A DNA stretch of 64,000 nucleotides from an uncultured Spirochaetota bacterium (GTDB lineage: Bacteria; Spirochaetota; Brevinematia; Brevinematales; JAOACQ01), in contig CAWIGG010000005.1 of assembly GCA_963835575.1 (NCBI GenBank), forward strand, positions 1 through 64,000, read 5' to 3'. The notes beneath the pieces were generated by a model. The model was not told where the DNA came from, did not search any database, and saw nothing but the letters and a program-made list of their open reading frames with translations. The translations under genes and the position numbers were made by a program. Shown piece by piece: positions 28,977 to 39,555 of the stretch. How positions within the stretch are numbered: position 1 is the stretch's first letter; each line of letters starts with the position of its first letter.

Positions 28977-31900
28977 ATGGACATTGTATTTAACGAAGAC
29001 CATATCTCCCAGATACCCGCTTTGCAGCTCCTTCAGGCGCTGGGTTATACCTATTTAACACCGGTTAAGGCGTTGAGGCTCCGGGATTACAAAATGACCA
29101 ATGTCATCCTGGAAAGCATTCTTGTGGAACAACTCAATCTGATCAATACCTACACTTATAAAGGAAGACGGTATAAATTCACCGAAGGCGCTGTCAAATC
29201 GGCATTACAGGCTCTCAAGGCATACCGTTACGACGGGCTTGTCAGGACAAACGAGCAGATTTACGATATGCTCTGCCTGGGGAGGAGCTTCGAACAGACT
29301 GTTGAAGGGGATACAAAGAGCTTTACCCTTAATTATATAGACTGGGAACATCCGGAAAATAATGTTTATCATGTGACAGAGGAATTTCCTGTTGAAAGAG
29401 CTTATACATACGAGTCTTACCGTCCGGATATTGTCCTTTTTGTCAACGGTATTCCGCTTGCGGTGATCGAATGTAAAAAACCCGAGGAAAAGGATTCCCT
29501 CAAGGAAGCCATTTCCCAGCAAATCCGTAACCAGAGGGATGACGGCATTACCCGTCTTTTTGTTTACTCGCAGCTTCTCTTGGCAATCAATAAGAATGAG
29601 GCGAAATACGCCACGACTGACACAAAATTAAAATTCTGGTCAGTCTGGAAAGAGGAAGGGATTGATGAAACTGCTGGAAAATTAGTTGATGAATCTGTCA
29701 GGATAACTGATCCCGAAGGGCTATTTTCAGAGCGGTTTAAATACGTATTTGATTTCTTTCAAAAGCTGGCCGACTCCGGTTCCCGCGAGGTCACGGAACA
29801 GGACAGATGCCTTACCGCGTTGTGCAGGCCGGAACGCCTTCTCGAATTGACATACCAGTACATCGTCTTTGACGCCGGAGAGAAAAAGATAGCCCGTTAC
29901 CAGCAGTATAACGCGGTTAAAAAAACCATAAAGAAAGTATTGAATACGGATTCTGAAGGCCGGAGGAAAGGCGGCGTGATCTGGCATACGCAGGGAAGCG
30001 GCAAGTCGCTGACCATGGTGATGCTTTCAAAGGCCCTTGTGCTGGAGCCTTCCATAGAAAACCCCAAGGTTGTCGTCGTGACCGACAGGAAAGACCTGGA
30101 CAAACAGATCGAAAAGACGTTCAGAAAATGCGGAAAGGAAGTTACCAGGGCAACCAGCGGGAAAAATCTTGCCGAGCTGATAAGTAAAAACAAAGCTTCC
30201 ATCATTACGACTTTGGTTCATAAGTTCCAGGCCGTTCTGAAAAAGGAAAATGTCGAAGATTTATCGGGCAATATCTTTTTACTGGTCGATGAAGGCCACC
30301 GGACACAGTACGGGGCTCTTCATGTTCAAATGCACAGGGTGTTCCCGAATGCCTGCTATATCGGATTTACCGGAACTCCGCTTTTAAAAAAGGAAAAGAA
30401 TACCGCCAATAAATTCGGGGGAATTATCGATGTTTATAATATCAGGCAGGCTGTTGAGGATAATGCTGTAGTACCGCTATTGTACGAAGGACGCCTTGTT
30501 GAACAGGAGGTCTATGATAAGGCTCTCGACTCCTGGTGGGAACGTGTGTGCAAGGACTTGACTCCGGAACAGCAGTTTGACCTGAAAAAGAAATTTGCCA
30601 GGGCGGACCAGTTGAATAAGGCGGAGAAAAAGATCGCCCGCATTGCTTATGATATTAGCGATCATTTTATGAGAAACTGGCAGGGAACAGGCTTCAAAGG
30701 CCAGCTTGCCACGGATTCCAAGCTTTCGGCTGTTAAGTTTAAAAAGTATCTGGATGAATTCGGTCTGGTGACTTCGGAAGTGGTGATATCCGCTCCAGAT
30801 GAAAGAGAGGGCTACACTGAGACAGATGAAGACAGCCTGGATGAGGTAGTCAAATTCTGGAAAAAGATGATGGACCGCTTTAAAAATGAGGAAGAATATA
30901 ACCGGCAGATCATAGATAAATTCAAAAGCCCGGAGGACCCGGAAATTATTATAGTTGTGGATAAGCTTCTCACTGGTTTTGACGCGCCGAGGAATACCGT
31001 TCTCTATATTGCCCGCAATTTGAGGGAACACACTCTCCTGCAGGCGATAGCCCGTGTCAACAGGCTTTTTGAGGGAAAGGATTTCGGTTATATCATCGAT
31101 TATTACGGCATCCTTGGCGAGCTTGACAAGGCAATGACTTTTTACGGAGGTCTTGACGGTTTTGATGAATCCGACCTGGACAGCACTGCTTACAATATTA
31201 ATGAAGAGATAGAAAAGCTTCCTCAAAAATATTCGGATTTACTCGATATTTTTAAAACTATTAGCAATAGGTATGATGAAGAAGCCTATGAAGTTTTTCT
31301 TGCCGATGAAGAGATTCGCGACCAGTTTTATTACAGATTAACCGATTTCGCAAAAACACTTAAAATAGCCTTATCAACTATCAGTTTTATTAATGAAGTG
31401 CCGGAAAATAAAATCAGCCGGTATAAGGAGGATTTAAAGTTTTTTATGAATCTTCGAGCTTCCGTCAGGCGCAGGTACGCTGAAGCAATTGATTACGGCG
31501 AATATGAAGGAAAGATACAGAAATTGATCGATGAATATGTCGGCGCTGGAGAGATAATCAATATTACCGACCTGGTCAATATCTTCAATAAAGAGGAGTT
31601 TGAAAAAGAACTGGAAAAAATAGAAGGGAAAGCGGCCAGGGCGGACACCATAGCGAACAGGACTAAAAAAGCAATCCATGAAAAATGGGATGAAGATCCG
31701 GCCTTTTATAAGAAATTCTCAAAGTTATTGGAAGAAGTCATTGCGGAATACCGCCAGAAGAGAATCGATGAGGCCGAGTATCTGATGAAAGTGACGGAAA
31801 TAATGGATAGCGTCAGGGAGAAAAAAGATTCGGGAATACCGGAGTCCGTTCGGGACAATGAAGACGCACGAGCTTTTTACGGGCTGGTTAATGAAGCTTT

Positions 31901-32150
31901 ACAGGATATTATTGAGAATGGAAATGAAATATCCGCAAGAGCTGGAATGGAAATCCATAACATCATTGAAAAGAATAAAATAGTGAACTGGGAGCGGAAC
32001 CGGGATGTCCGGAAAAAAATGGAACAGGAAATTGACGATTATCTTTTTGATTTGAAGGAATCTGAAAGTATTAACCTGAATTTAAATATCATAGACAAAT
32101 TGATAGAAGATATTTTACAGACTGCCATAAAGAGGAGCGCCATAGGGTGA
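28977..32150 (+). CDS. hsdR: Type I R-M restriction subunit
   Basis: PDIVLFVNGIPLAVIECK, HTQGSGKS, DEGH, FTGTP, LTGFD, QAIARVNR. Confidence 0.95.
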   Translation: MDIVFNEDHISQIPALQLLQALGYTYLTPVKALRLRDYKMTNVILESILVEQLNLINTYTYKGRRYKFTEGAVKSALQALKAYRYDGLVRTNEQIYDMLCLGRSFEQTVEGDTKSFTLNYIDWEHPENNVYHVTEEFPVERAYTYESYRPDIVLFVNGIPLAVIECKKPEEKDSLKEAISQQIRNQRDDGITRLFVYSQLLLAINKNEAKYATTDTKLKFWSVWKEEGIDETAGKLVDESVRITDPEGLFSERFKYVFDFFQKLADSGSREVTEQDRCLTALCRPERLLELTYQYIVFDAGEKKIARYQQYNAVKKTIKKVLNTDSEGRRKGGVIWHTQGSGKSLTMVMLSKALVLEPSIENPKVVVVTDRKDLDKQIEKTFRKCGKEVTRATSGKNLAELISKNKASIITTLVHKFQAVLKKENVEDLSGNIFLLVDEGHRTQYGALHVQMHRVFPNACYIGFTGTPLLKKEKNTANKFGGIIDVYNIRQAVEDNAVVPLLYEGRLVEQEVYDKALDSWWERVCKDLTPEQQFDLKKKFARADQLNKAEKKIARIAYDISDHFMRNWQGTGFKGQLATDSKLSAVKFKKYLDEFGLVTSEVVISAPDEREGYTETDEDSLDEVVKFWKKMMDRFKNEEEYNRQIIDKFKSPEDPEIIIVVDKLLTGFDAPRNTVLYIARNLREHTLLQAIARVNRLFEGKDFGYIIDYYGILGELDKAMTFYGGLDGFDESDLDSTAYNINEEIEKLPQKYSDLLDIFKTISNRYDEEAYEVFLADEEIRDQFYYRLTDFAKTLKIALSTISFINEVPENKISRYKEDLKFFMNLRASVRRRYAEAIDYGEYEGKIQKLIDEYVGAGEIINITDLVNIFNKEEFEKELEKIEGKAARADTIANRTKKAIHEKWDEDPAFYKKFSKLLEEVIAEYRQKRIDEAEYLMKVTEIMDSVREKKDSGIPESVRDNEDARAFYGLVNEALQDIIENGNEISARAGMEIHNIIEKNKIVNWERNRDVRKKMEQEIDDYLFDLKESESINLNLNIIDKLIEDILQTAIKRSAIG

Positions 32151-32860
32151 TTCATATGGAACATACGATTAATTACGGTGACAAAGTAATCCGTTTTACT
32201 ATTTTCAGATCCAATAGAAAAACTTTGGGAATTGTTGTTTATCATAATAAAACAGTTATTGTGAAAGCGCCATATGATAAAAGTGATAACGAGATTTTAG
32301 AAAGAGTAAAAAAACGTTCCCGCTGGATAGTAAAACAACTGAACTATTTCAACAATTTACCTTCAGCCGATAGAGACTTTCAATATGTGAGCGGAGAAAC
32401 CCACAGGTATTTAGGAAATCAATACAGGCTGAAGATAAAAAAAGGGGAAAAGAAAAGTATTAAGATGCCGAAGGGTTATTTCGAAATTGTCCACCCGGAC
32501 CCGTCTAATAAAAACGATATAGCTTTTATTATGAAAGATTGGTACAGGAAAAATGCTAAAAGGAAATTCACTGAGTACCTCGAGGAATGTTTTATTAGCT
32601 TTAAAAAATATGGATTGGAGTTCCCAAAACTGGAAATCAAGGAGATGAAAACCAGGTGGGGCAGCTGCAACTATAATAATAAAATAATTCTTAATCCGAA
32701 TCTAGTAAAGAAGTCTCCTCTTTGTATAAAATATGTCATCACTCATGAATTATGCCATTTAAAATATTACCATCATGGTAAAGAATTCTACAAATTACTG
32801 TCAAAAATCATGCCGGATTGGAAAGATAGGAAATTGAAACTGGATTACAGTGAAAATTGA
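32147..32860 (+). CDS. YgjP/DUF45-like zinc metallohydrolase
   Basis: MKTRWGSC, YVITHELCH (HExxH); typical neighbour of hsdR. Confidence 0.88.
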   Translation: MIHMEHTINYGDKVIRFTIFRSNRKTLGIVVYHNKTVIVKAPYDKSDNEILERVKKRSRWIVKQLNYFNNLPSADRDFQYVSGETHRYLGNQYRLKIKKGEKKSIKMPKGYFEIVHPDPSNKNDIAFIMKDWYRKNAKRKFTEYLEECFISFKKYGLEFPKLEIKEMKTRWGSCNYNNKIILNPNLVKKSPLCIKYVITHELCHLKYYHHGKEFYKLLSKIMPDWKDRKLKLDYSEN

Positions 32861-33264
32861 TTAAATTTGGAGATTTTATGTTTAAAATAATTATGAGAAT
32901 TTTATTTAAGCATTATTATAAAAATGTAAGTTTTAGTGCTTTAGTTTATTCAAAAACAAGTAAGAAATATAAGTTTTTGAGTCAATGTAATTTCAGGAAT
33001 TGGGTTAATTTTTTTATTATTGTTATCGTTTTATACATTTATTGTTTATATTATCATTGGATCATTTTCTTCTCAAACTAATTATTCAAAGGAAATAAAA
33101 GATAATTTAAGCATGATTTTGATTAATATGGATAAGAATAAATAGATTTTAGTATCAAATTTCCATTCATTTTTTCCTACTCCACTGTACTATTATTACA
33201 TTGGTTTACAGGCAGCAAGTAACACCAAGTTATAAATCGAGTTAAATGAGTCAGTATTTACCTC

Positions 33265-33620
33265 CCGTTCCCGAGGCCATTTTCCTCTAAACCATAATCC
33301 GAACATCAAATTACTTGAAAAAAACTCGTGTTATCCGCTAATATAATAATGGAAGAGAAACTCAAGCTTTTGACACGGATGTCAAAACCGACGCCCAGCA
33401 CCACTTTGATTGCCTGTCCTCAAAGTGGTGCTGGGCAGGGACAGCGTAATTAAGGAGACTATTTTAATAAGGGATCGTTTTTTAACAACCGGATAACACA
33501 CCTCCATTCAATCCGGCCTCTTCGTATGAAAATGGACTCGAAAGGCGTTTTCTTTCGGTTCACTTTCTTTGTCGCCGCTTGGACAAAGAAAGTGAACAAT
33601 CCCCCGATTGTCAGTCGGGA
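33265..33620 (-). repeat. Structured dispersed repeat, copy B (core 33272-33540)
   Basis: Reverse-oriented homolog of copy A; extra internal hairpin GCCCAGCACCACTTTGA/TCAAAGTGGTGCTGGGC. Confidence 0.8.
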
Positions 33621-33671
33621 AAAATATTCTACGTTTCCCGCCCGGATAGCCGGACAAAAAAAGGAGAAAAA

Positions 33672-34550
33672 ATGGATGATTTAAAACTGGTTATCGATTA
33701 TAAAAACAACACCGGTTTCCGTCATAGTTTCAATGAACTGGCTGGAAGCAGTTTCGGGATCGATTTTGAGGCGTGGTACAATTCAGGCTGCTGGGATGAT
33801 ACCTACATCTGCCATTCTTACATTCATAACAATTCAATTGTTTCAAACGTTTCAGTCAGCCTTTTGAATTTAATAATAAACAATAAAAATTATAAAGCTG
33901 TTTTAATCGGAACGGTGATGACCCGCCCCGAATACCGGAACCGGGGCCTTTCAAAAAGCCTTATGAACAGTGTTCTGGGAATATATGAAAAGGAATGCGA
34001 TCTTTTTTATTTATTCGCGAACAAAAGCGCCCTGGGGTTTTATCCAAAATTCGGATTTGAACCGGTAATAGAGCATCAATTCTCCATCGAAGTCGATAAT
34101 CATAATTCTGATGTTCATACTATTCGAAAATTAGATCTGTCTGATAGTAATGACCTGAATTTATTGAAAGATTTTGCCGCAGGACGTCTGCCTGTATCCC
34201 GGGCTTTCGGCGTTTTAAACGGACAGGCCGTTTTATTATGGCATTGCCTTTATGCTTACAAGGATGAAATCTATTATATTACGGAAGAAGATTTGATTAT
34301 TATTTATAAAATCAAGGACAATATTCTGAATATTTATGACATTATCGCTAAAAAAGAATACCGGTTACTCAATATATTAAAGAGGATCACGGCCGGGGGC
34401 GTCAAAGAAGCCTGTTTTCATTTTACCCCGGATGATAAAGATTTAAAATACACTATCAAAGAATATAAGCCGGATGATGCTCTTTTTGTAAAATCAAATT
34501 TAAAGCTCATGCCGGGGATTTTTAAATACCCGGTCACAGCGCAGGCGTAA
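33672..34550 (+). CDS. GNAT-family acetyltransferase
   Basis: VMTRPEYRNRGLS, FYPKFGF; ATG 33672 after AAGGAG. Confidence 0.88.
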   Translation: MDDLKLVIDYKNNTGFRHSFNELAGSSFGIDFEAWYNSGCWDDTYICHSYIHNNSIVSNVSVSLLNLIINNKNYKAVLIGTVMTRPEYRNRGLSKSLMNSVLGIYEKECDLFYLFANKSALGFYPKFGFEPVIEHQFSIEVDNHNSDVHTIRKLDLSDSNDLNLLKDFAAGRLPVSRAFGVLNGQAVLLWHCLYAYKDEIYYITEEDLIIIYKIKDNILNIYDIIAKKEYRLLNILKRITAGGVKEACFHFTPDDKDLKYTIKEYKPDDALFVKSNLKLMPGIFKYPVTAQA

Positions 34551-34590
34551 GGATACTTTTCCGTACAAATTTTACTTAAGCGAAAGTTAT

Positions 34591-34629
34591 AAAAAAGGCG
34601 CGGTCCAGAGACCGCGCCCGTTTTATTTT
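34591..34629. terminator. Bidirectional intrinsic terminator
   Basis: GGCGCGGTC-CAGA-GACCGCGCC flanked by A and T runs between convergent genes. Confidence 0.75.
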
Positions 34630-34640
34630 AGACTTGTTTA

Positions 34641-36284
34641 TTATTCCACAAACCATGCCAGGGCATAGACCAGCGCGGCGTTCCAGTTAATGGCGATTTC
34701 GTTGACCCTATAATCTCCCATATTGTCTTCCCAGCTGATCTCCTCCGGCCATCCGCCGCCGACCAGATAACCAGGCCATGCATAACCGGACGCTCCGCTT
34801 CTCCGGTAATGAGGCTGAAGAGGCGGGTTGATGCCGACGCCGGTAACAAAAGAACGGCCGAAGAAATTCCTGCCGAACAGGTAGCCGAGGGCGTCCAGGG
34901 CCGTATTCTTATATTTAACATCGGGGTTAAAGCGGCCGGCCGAATAAAGCATCAAAACCTGCCGGGCAACGCTCCCGTTGCAGCCCCAGTTATAAAAATC
35001 GCCCAGCGGCCGGCGGTAAGGATTATGAGCCGCGGTTTCCACGATGGAATCCGCCGCTGAAATGAGGGAATTGGATATCTTCGCATACAGCGCTTTATTT
35101 TTTCCTTTTCTTTCTGAAAACAGATACGTGATAAAGCCCAGATTCTTGACATCATTCCAGTCGAAAGTGACATCGATCAAATTTGTAAAGGAAACCGCTC
35201 TTTTCTCGAAATCCTTCAGGTACTGCCTGTCTCCCAGGGAATTCCACATCTCAGCCGCAGCCCAGAGCCGGTCATCCGGATCGGCCCACTGGTAAGGGCC
35301 GGTTGAAAAATTGCTGAGGTTCGCGGGTACGTCTTTGGGATGTTTGACAAGAAAGGCGTAGCTTTTCTTTGCCGCCTGGATGCACTTTTCGGCATAGGCC
35401 TTATCATACGGCATGAAAATCCTGTAGGCGATCGCGGCCATGGCGGTAAAATCCGCCGTGGCGGCGCTTCCCCATGGACTGTAATAGCGGGTGGTAGTTT
35501 CCGTTTCCGGCATAATGAACCCGCCGAACGACAGCGTGCTGATTTTATGGCTGACCCTGCCGGAATTGTCCGGATACTGCATCTTTAAGAGCCAGTCCAT
35601 TTCCCATTTCAGCTCGTCCAGGTAATCGGGAATGGCATTATTGGTTTCAGGCACGGCAAAGCTCAATTTTTCAATCTTATCCTTGAAATTGTCCCACGCG
35701 AAAAACATCAAGCCCAGCGTAACCCCGGCGTTCACCGTGTATTTGTTATAATCCCCGGCGTCATGCCAGCCTCCAGTACCGTCCTGGAACTTCCCCTTTT
35801 TCCCTATATAATCCAACGCGGCGTCATTCGTATGGCACGCGTCATGAGTGAATACCTTGCCGTCATAATTATTGGAAACGGCCGTCCCGCAGCGCCAGAG
35901 ATAAAAACCGAGCATCGCGGTCTGCAGGGGTTTATTGTAAATTCCATCGCCTATCTGAAAAAGATATGACTTGCCGATACCCGGCACATCCAGGTAATAA
36001 GAGCCGGGATTGGTCATGGCGCTGAAATCGGCTATGAATAATGATTCATTTGTCGACCGGATGGTAAAAGGCCCTGAAACCGTACCCGTATAAACTGCCT
36101 TTCCTCCGGCATCCATTACCTTGAAGTTCCTGCAGACTCCCGCAATGGTGGCGGATTTTATCTGCCCGGGGAAAAAACCCAGCGAATTCAGGCGTATTTT
36201 CGGACCCGCGGAACTGTTCTGGTCCGCCATGCCCGCCTGCGCCAGGACAAAAAACAATAATAAAATCCAGATTGAATATTTCAT
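34641..36284 (-). CDS. Secreted glycoside hydrolase family 9 with N-terminal Ig-like domain
   Basis: Signal peptide, GGWHDAGDYNKY, DELKWEMDW, NEIAINWNA. Confidence 0.9.
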   Translation of the reverse strand: MKYSIWILLLFFVLAQAGMADQNSSAGPKIRLNSLGFFPGQIKSATIAGVCRNFKVMDAGGKAVYTGTVSGPFTIRSTNESLFIADFSAMTNPGSYYLDVPGIGKSYLFQIGDGIYNKPLQTAMLGFYLWRCGTAVSNNYDGKVFTHDACHTNDAALDYIGKKGKFQDGTGGWHDAGDYNKYTVNAGVTLGLMFFAWDNFKDKIEKLSFAVPETNNAIPDYLDELKWEMDWLLKMQYPDNSGRVSHKISTLSFGGFIMPETETTTRYYSPWGSAATADFTAMAAIAYRIFMPYDKAYAEKCIQAAKKSYAFLVKHPKDVPANLSNFSTGPYQWADPDDRLWAAAEMWNSLGDRQYLKDFEKRAVSFTNLIDVTFDWNDVKNLGFITYLFSERKGKNKALYAKISNSLISAADSIVETAAHNPYRRPLGDFYNWGCNGSVARQVLMLYSAGRFNPDVKYKNTALDALGYLFGRNFFGRSFVTGVGINPPLQPHYRRSGASGYAWPGYLVGGGWPEEISWEDNMGDYRVNEIAINWNAALVYALAWFVE

Positions 36285-36372
36285 TATTTCCCTCCTGTTT
36301 TGAAATAAAAAATACTATAAAATAACTTTCATAATAAAGCAATTTGCTTTTTAAACCCGGCCTTCTCGCTGA

Positions 36373-37008
36373 TTAAATCTCCTTTAAAACAGCCCGGGCC
36401 GGCGCTCCGTCGCCGTCCATGATTTTCAGGGGAAGACAGGCCAGTTCATATCTGCCCGGCTTTACTCCTAACAGATTCAACCCCTCGATGATCCATATCC
36501 CGGCCTTCAGCAGGGCCTGATGGGTTTCCTTACTTTCAATTTCAAACCCGCCGACGGAAAGATAATCGATTCCGACTGTCATGACCCCGCTTTCAGCCAG
36601 AAAGCCGGCGGCTTCTTTCGAGATATAGACATATTCTTTCAAAAACCGGTTTGTCTTCCAGCCCTTTACGGAATTAAGGGTTTTAAAAAGAATTCTTTCG
36701 CCTTTTTTTATTTTGTGCTGCAAGAGCTCGGAAGACTTGATCGATTTCCCATCCTTGATTTCAATAATCCTTGCAGGTCCCATAACCGCTTCTAAAGGCA
36801 TTTTATCCAGACTCTTACCGTTTTTCAGAAAATGCAGGGGCGGGTCGATATGGGTCCCCGTATGCGTTCCCATTGTTACCACAGACACGTTGCAGGGGGC
36901 CCCTTTTTTTATGTCAACCACCCGCTCCACATGGAACCCATTGTCTCCCGGCCAGCAGACCATGCCGTTATAAAGCGGAACGCTGATATCCATCCAATCC
37001 GTTTTCAT
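36373..37008 (-). CDS. Cyclase family / kynurenine formamidase-like
   Basis: HTGTHIDPPLH, GIDYLSV, DGAPARA. Confidence 0.88.
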   Translation of the reverse strand: MKTDWMDISVPLYNGMVCWPGDNGFHVERVVDIKKGAPCNVSVVTMGTHTGTHIDPPLHFLKNGKSLDKMPLEAVMGPARIIEIKDGKSIKSSELLQHKIKKGERILFKTLNSVKGWKTNRFLKEYVYISKEAAGFLAESGVMTVGIDYLSVGGFEIESKETHQALLKAGIWIIEGLNLLGVKPGRYELACLPLKIMDGDGAPARAVLKEI

Positions 37009-37072
37009 AATATTTACCTGCTCCTATTAAATATTTTCCTGTTAGATTTAAGAGTAAGCTTACGGGAATATT

Positions 37073-37867
37073 TTAATCGACCACTTTAAGCCAACCGCCG
37101 TCCACGTAATACGTTGAGCCGACGCAGTAGCTTGCCCGCGGAGAACAGAGAAACACAAAGAAATGGGCCAGTTCCTCCGGAGAGGCAAAGCGCCCGATGG
37201 GAGCGTTTTCCTTCGCGATCCTTTCCAGGTACTCTTCCGGTGTTATGCCCTGCTCCTTGCCCAGAATACCGGCGGTCTTCCGCCAGTCTGGTGTCAGAAC
37301 CAGCCCCGGATTCACCGTGTTCACGCGGATGTTGTCCCCGATCAGCTCGTTCGCCAGGCATTTTGATAACATGACCAGCGCGGCCTTGGTCGTGTTATAG
37401 ACCGGTTCGTATCCGAGCGGCTGTCTGGCGCAGATGGAAGCGTTGTTGATGATCACCCCTCCGCCCCGCTTTTTCATCTGCGGGACCAGAGCCCGGGAAA
37501 GCCTTATCGCCGCCATGACATGCAGGTCCCAGTACTGCTGCCACTTTTCATCCGGCGCGTCCATGATCTTTTCAGCGCTGCCGGTCCCGGCGTTATTGAT
37601 GAGAATGTCCGCGCCGCCGAATTCCTTCTCCGCCCGCGCGGCCGCTTCCGCTATATCGTCCGGTTTTGTCACATCCGCTTTTACGCCGACAGCTTTCACC
37701 CCGTATTTATTTTTTATCCGGCCGGCGGCCTCCGTCAGTCTTTCCTCATTCCTGGCGCAGAGAAGAAGGTTCACGCCTTCCTGCGCCAACCCCTCGGCCG
37801 CGGCCAAGCCTATCCCGGCGCTCCCGCCGGTGATCACGGCAACTTTACCCTTTAATTCCATATCCAT
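37073..37867 (-). CDS. SDR oxidoreductase
   Basis: TGGSAGIG, NNAG, YNTTK. Confidence 0.92.
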   Translation of the reverse strand: MDMELKGKVAVITGGSAGIGLAAAEGLAQEGVNLLLCARNEERLTEAAGRIKNKYGVKAVGVKADVTKPDDIAEAAARAEKEFGGADILINNAGTGSAEKIMDAPDEKWQQYWDLHVMAAIRLSRALVPQMKKRGGGVIINNASICARQPLGYEPVYNTTKAALVMLSKCLANELIGDNIRVNTVNPGLVLTPDWRKTAGILGKEQGITPEEYLERIAKENAPIGRFASPEELAHFFVFLCSPRASYCVGSTYYVDGGWLKVVD

Positions 37868-37939
37868 AATTTTTACCTCCTAAAGAAAGAAACCACAGAT
37901 TTCACTGATTCCACAGATTTCTTCGGACTGTTTATCATT

Positions 37940-38170
37940 TGTACTTCATCTTTTTTCTTTAGAAAACATTCCACTTTGATTTCTACAATCGCCTCACTAT
38001 TTACAAGAAAATCCAATAATTATTTCTTTAAGCCTATACCTTAACGAAAATATTAAAACGGCCGGATAATATAAGTTAACTTTCTTCATCCAATTCTTTT
38101 TCAAGATATTTCTGATTTGCCGTTTCCAGAAAACCCGATCCAATTTCTTTATATTCTTTTCCTATTCATA
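37940..38170 (-). pseudogene. Degenerate GxxExxY-family gene
   Basis: Fragments translate to KEIGSGFLETANQKYLEKEL and DFLVNSEAIVEIK with stops/frameshifts. Confidence 0.6.
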
Positions 38171-38202
38171 AATATTTTTTATGATTACACTGATACATCT
38201 AA

Positions 38203-38262
38203 GGGCAGTTCCAAAACCTATGTTGGAAATATCCGATTTATTTTGAGTTTTTGGAACTGCCC
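38203..38262. mobile_element. 60-bp MITE with IS5-like ends
   Basis: 14-bp TIR GGGCAGTTCCAAAA; 4-bp TSD CTAA. Confidence 0.75.
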
Positions 38263-38304
38263 CTAATTTAATCTGTGACATCTGTGTAATCTGTGGTTCC
38301 GATT

Positions 38305-39333
38305 CTATTGTTCCATTGTAATCATGACTTTCATAACGCGGTCCCTGGCTTTATCGATATACTGATAAGCATCCTGATAATCCCGGAACGGATAGCGGTC
38401 CGTTATCAGCTGTTCCAGGCGCATTTTACCTGAAGAGGCCATAGCGACAGCCTTTTCATAATCTTCGCGGCGGTACATCAGAGTCCCGATCAGGCTGAGC
38501 TCCCTGTCCTGCACCAGCCCCAGGTCGACGACCGGCTTTTTCCCGAATACGCCCACCACCACGATCGGCGTTCCCTTGCGGGCGCAGTTCACCGCCTGGG
38601 TCATGGCCGCTTCAGACCCTGTGCAATCAAGAATGAGATCGGCGCGGTCCGGGCCGAAGTCCCTGAGGATGGATTTATTAAGGTCTTCCTTTTCGGGATT
38701 GATGGTAAAATCGATCCCGCAGTTACGGGCTTTTTCCAGGCGGAAACCGCTGATATCCGTAATCAAAACAGCCGCGGCGCCGAGGCTTTTCGCGGCCTGA
38801 CCGACGAGGTTGCCGATCGGCCCGGCCCCGAATACGGCGGCCTTTTTCCCGGCGATATCCATCCCCGCCCTGCCCAGGGCATGGAAAGCGACGGCAGCCG
38901 GCTCGATCATGGCGCCCGCTTCGAAAGACAGATTTTCCGGGAGCCGGATCGTCATTGCCTCCGGTAAAGCGAAATATTCCTGCGCCGCTCCCCCGGTCTG
39001 GAACCCCATGACTTTGAGCGAATCGCAGATATGGTACATGCCATGACGGCATGGGTAGCAGACGCCGCATGTGACCTGCGGCATGAATGTCGCCTTATCC
39101 CCCGGAACAAAAGCGCGTACCTCTTTTCCAACCTCGGCAACTTCACCCGATACCTCATGCCCCTGCACCACCGGATAACCCGTATAGGGATGCGTTCCAT
39201 GATAGACATGGATATCCGAGCCGCATACCCCGATGTTTTTTATTCTGATCAGGACATCTTTAACGCCCGGCGCGGGTTTATCGACATTTTTAAACTCTAT
39301 TTTACCCGGCTTGACCATCACGGCCTGCAGCAT
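38305..39333 (-). CDS. Zinc-dependent (sorbitol-dehydrogenase-like) alcohol dehydrogenase
   Basis: CGSDIH, GHE, CxxCxxCx7C, GAGPIG. Confidence 0.92.
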   Translation of the reverse strand: MLQAVMVKPGKIEFKNVDKPAPGVKDVLIRIKNIGVCGSDIHVYHGTHPYTGYPVVQGHEVSGEVAEVGKEVRAFVPGDKATFMPQVTCGVCYPCRHGMYHICDSLKVMGFQTGGAAQEYFALPEAMTIRLPENLSFEAGAMIEPAAVAFHALGRAGMDIAGKKAAVFGAGPIGNLVGQAAKSLGAAAVLITDISGFRLEKARNCGIDFTINPEKEDLNKSILRDFGPDRADLILDCTGSEAAMTQAVNCARKGTPIVVVGVFGKKPVVDLGLVQDRELSLIGTLMYRREDYEKAVAMASSGKMRLEQLITDRYPFRDYQDAYQYIDKARDRVMKVMITMEQ

Positions 39334-39555
39334 ATCCCCTCCTTATCGATTAAAAAAGCCTCTTATCTAACAGCCTTAATCAGAATATTATATAAATAAG
39401 GAATAGCCATGTAAAGTTTAATCAAGCTTTAAAAGAATGTTGGGAAAATGAAAAACTGTACTTAAAAAACTTTGGGTTTTTATACCGTTATGGGTGTATA
39501 ATTTAAGTAAATATATTGAGAATAAGTCAGGCGAAATAAGCAATAGGGGTTTATC

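Larger units (their letters stand above)
37891..38298. repeat. CACAGAT-type inverted periodic repeats enclosing a GxxExxY remnant
   Basis: AACCACAGATTTCACTGATTCCACAGATTT ... ATCTGTGACATCTGTGTAATCTGTGGTT. Confidence 0.75.

Noticed and set aside
32857..33230. AT-rich hydrophobic ORF after the YgjP-like gene
   Set aside because: TTG start and no recognisable family; possibly a decayed gene
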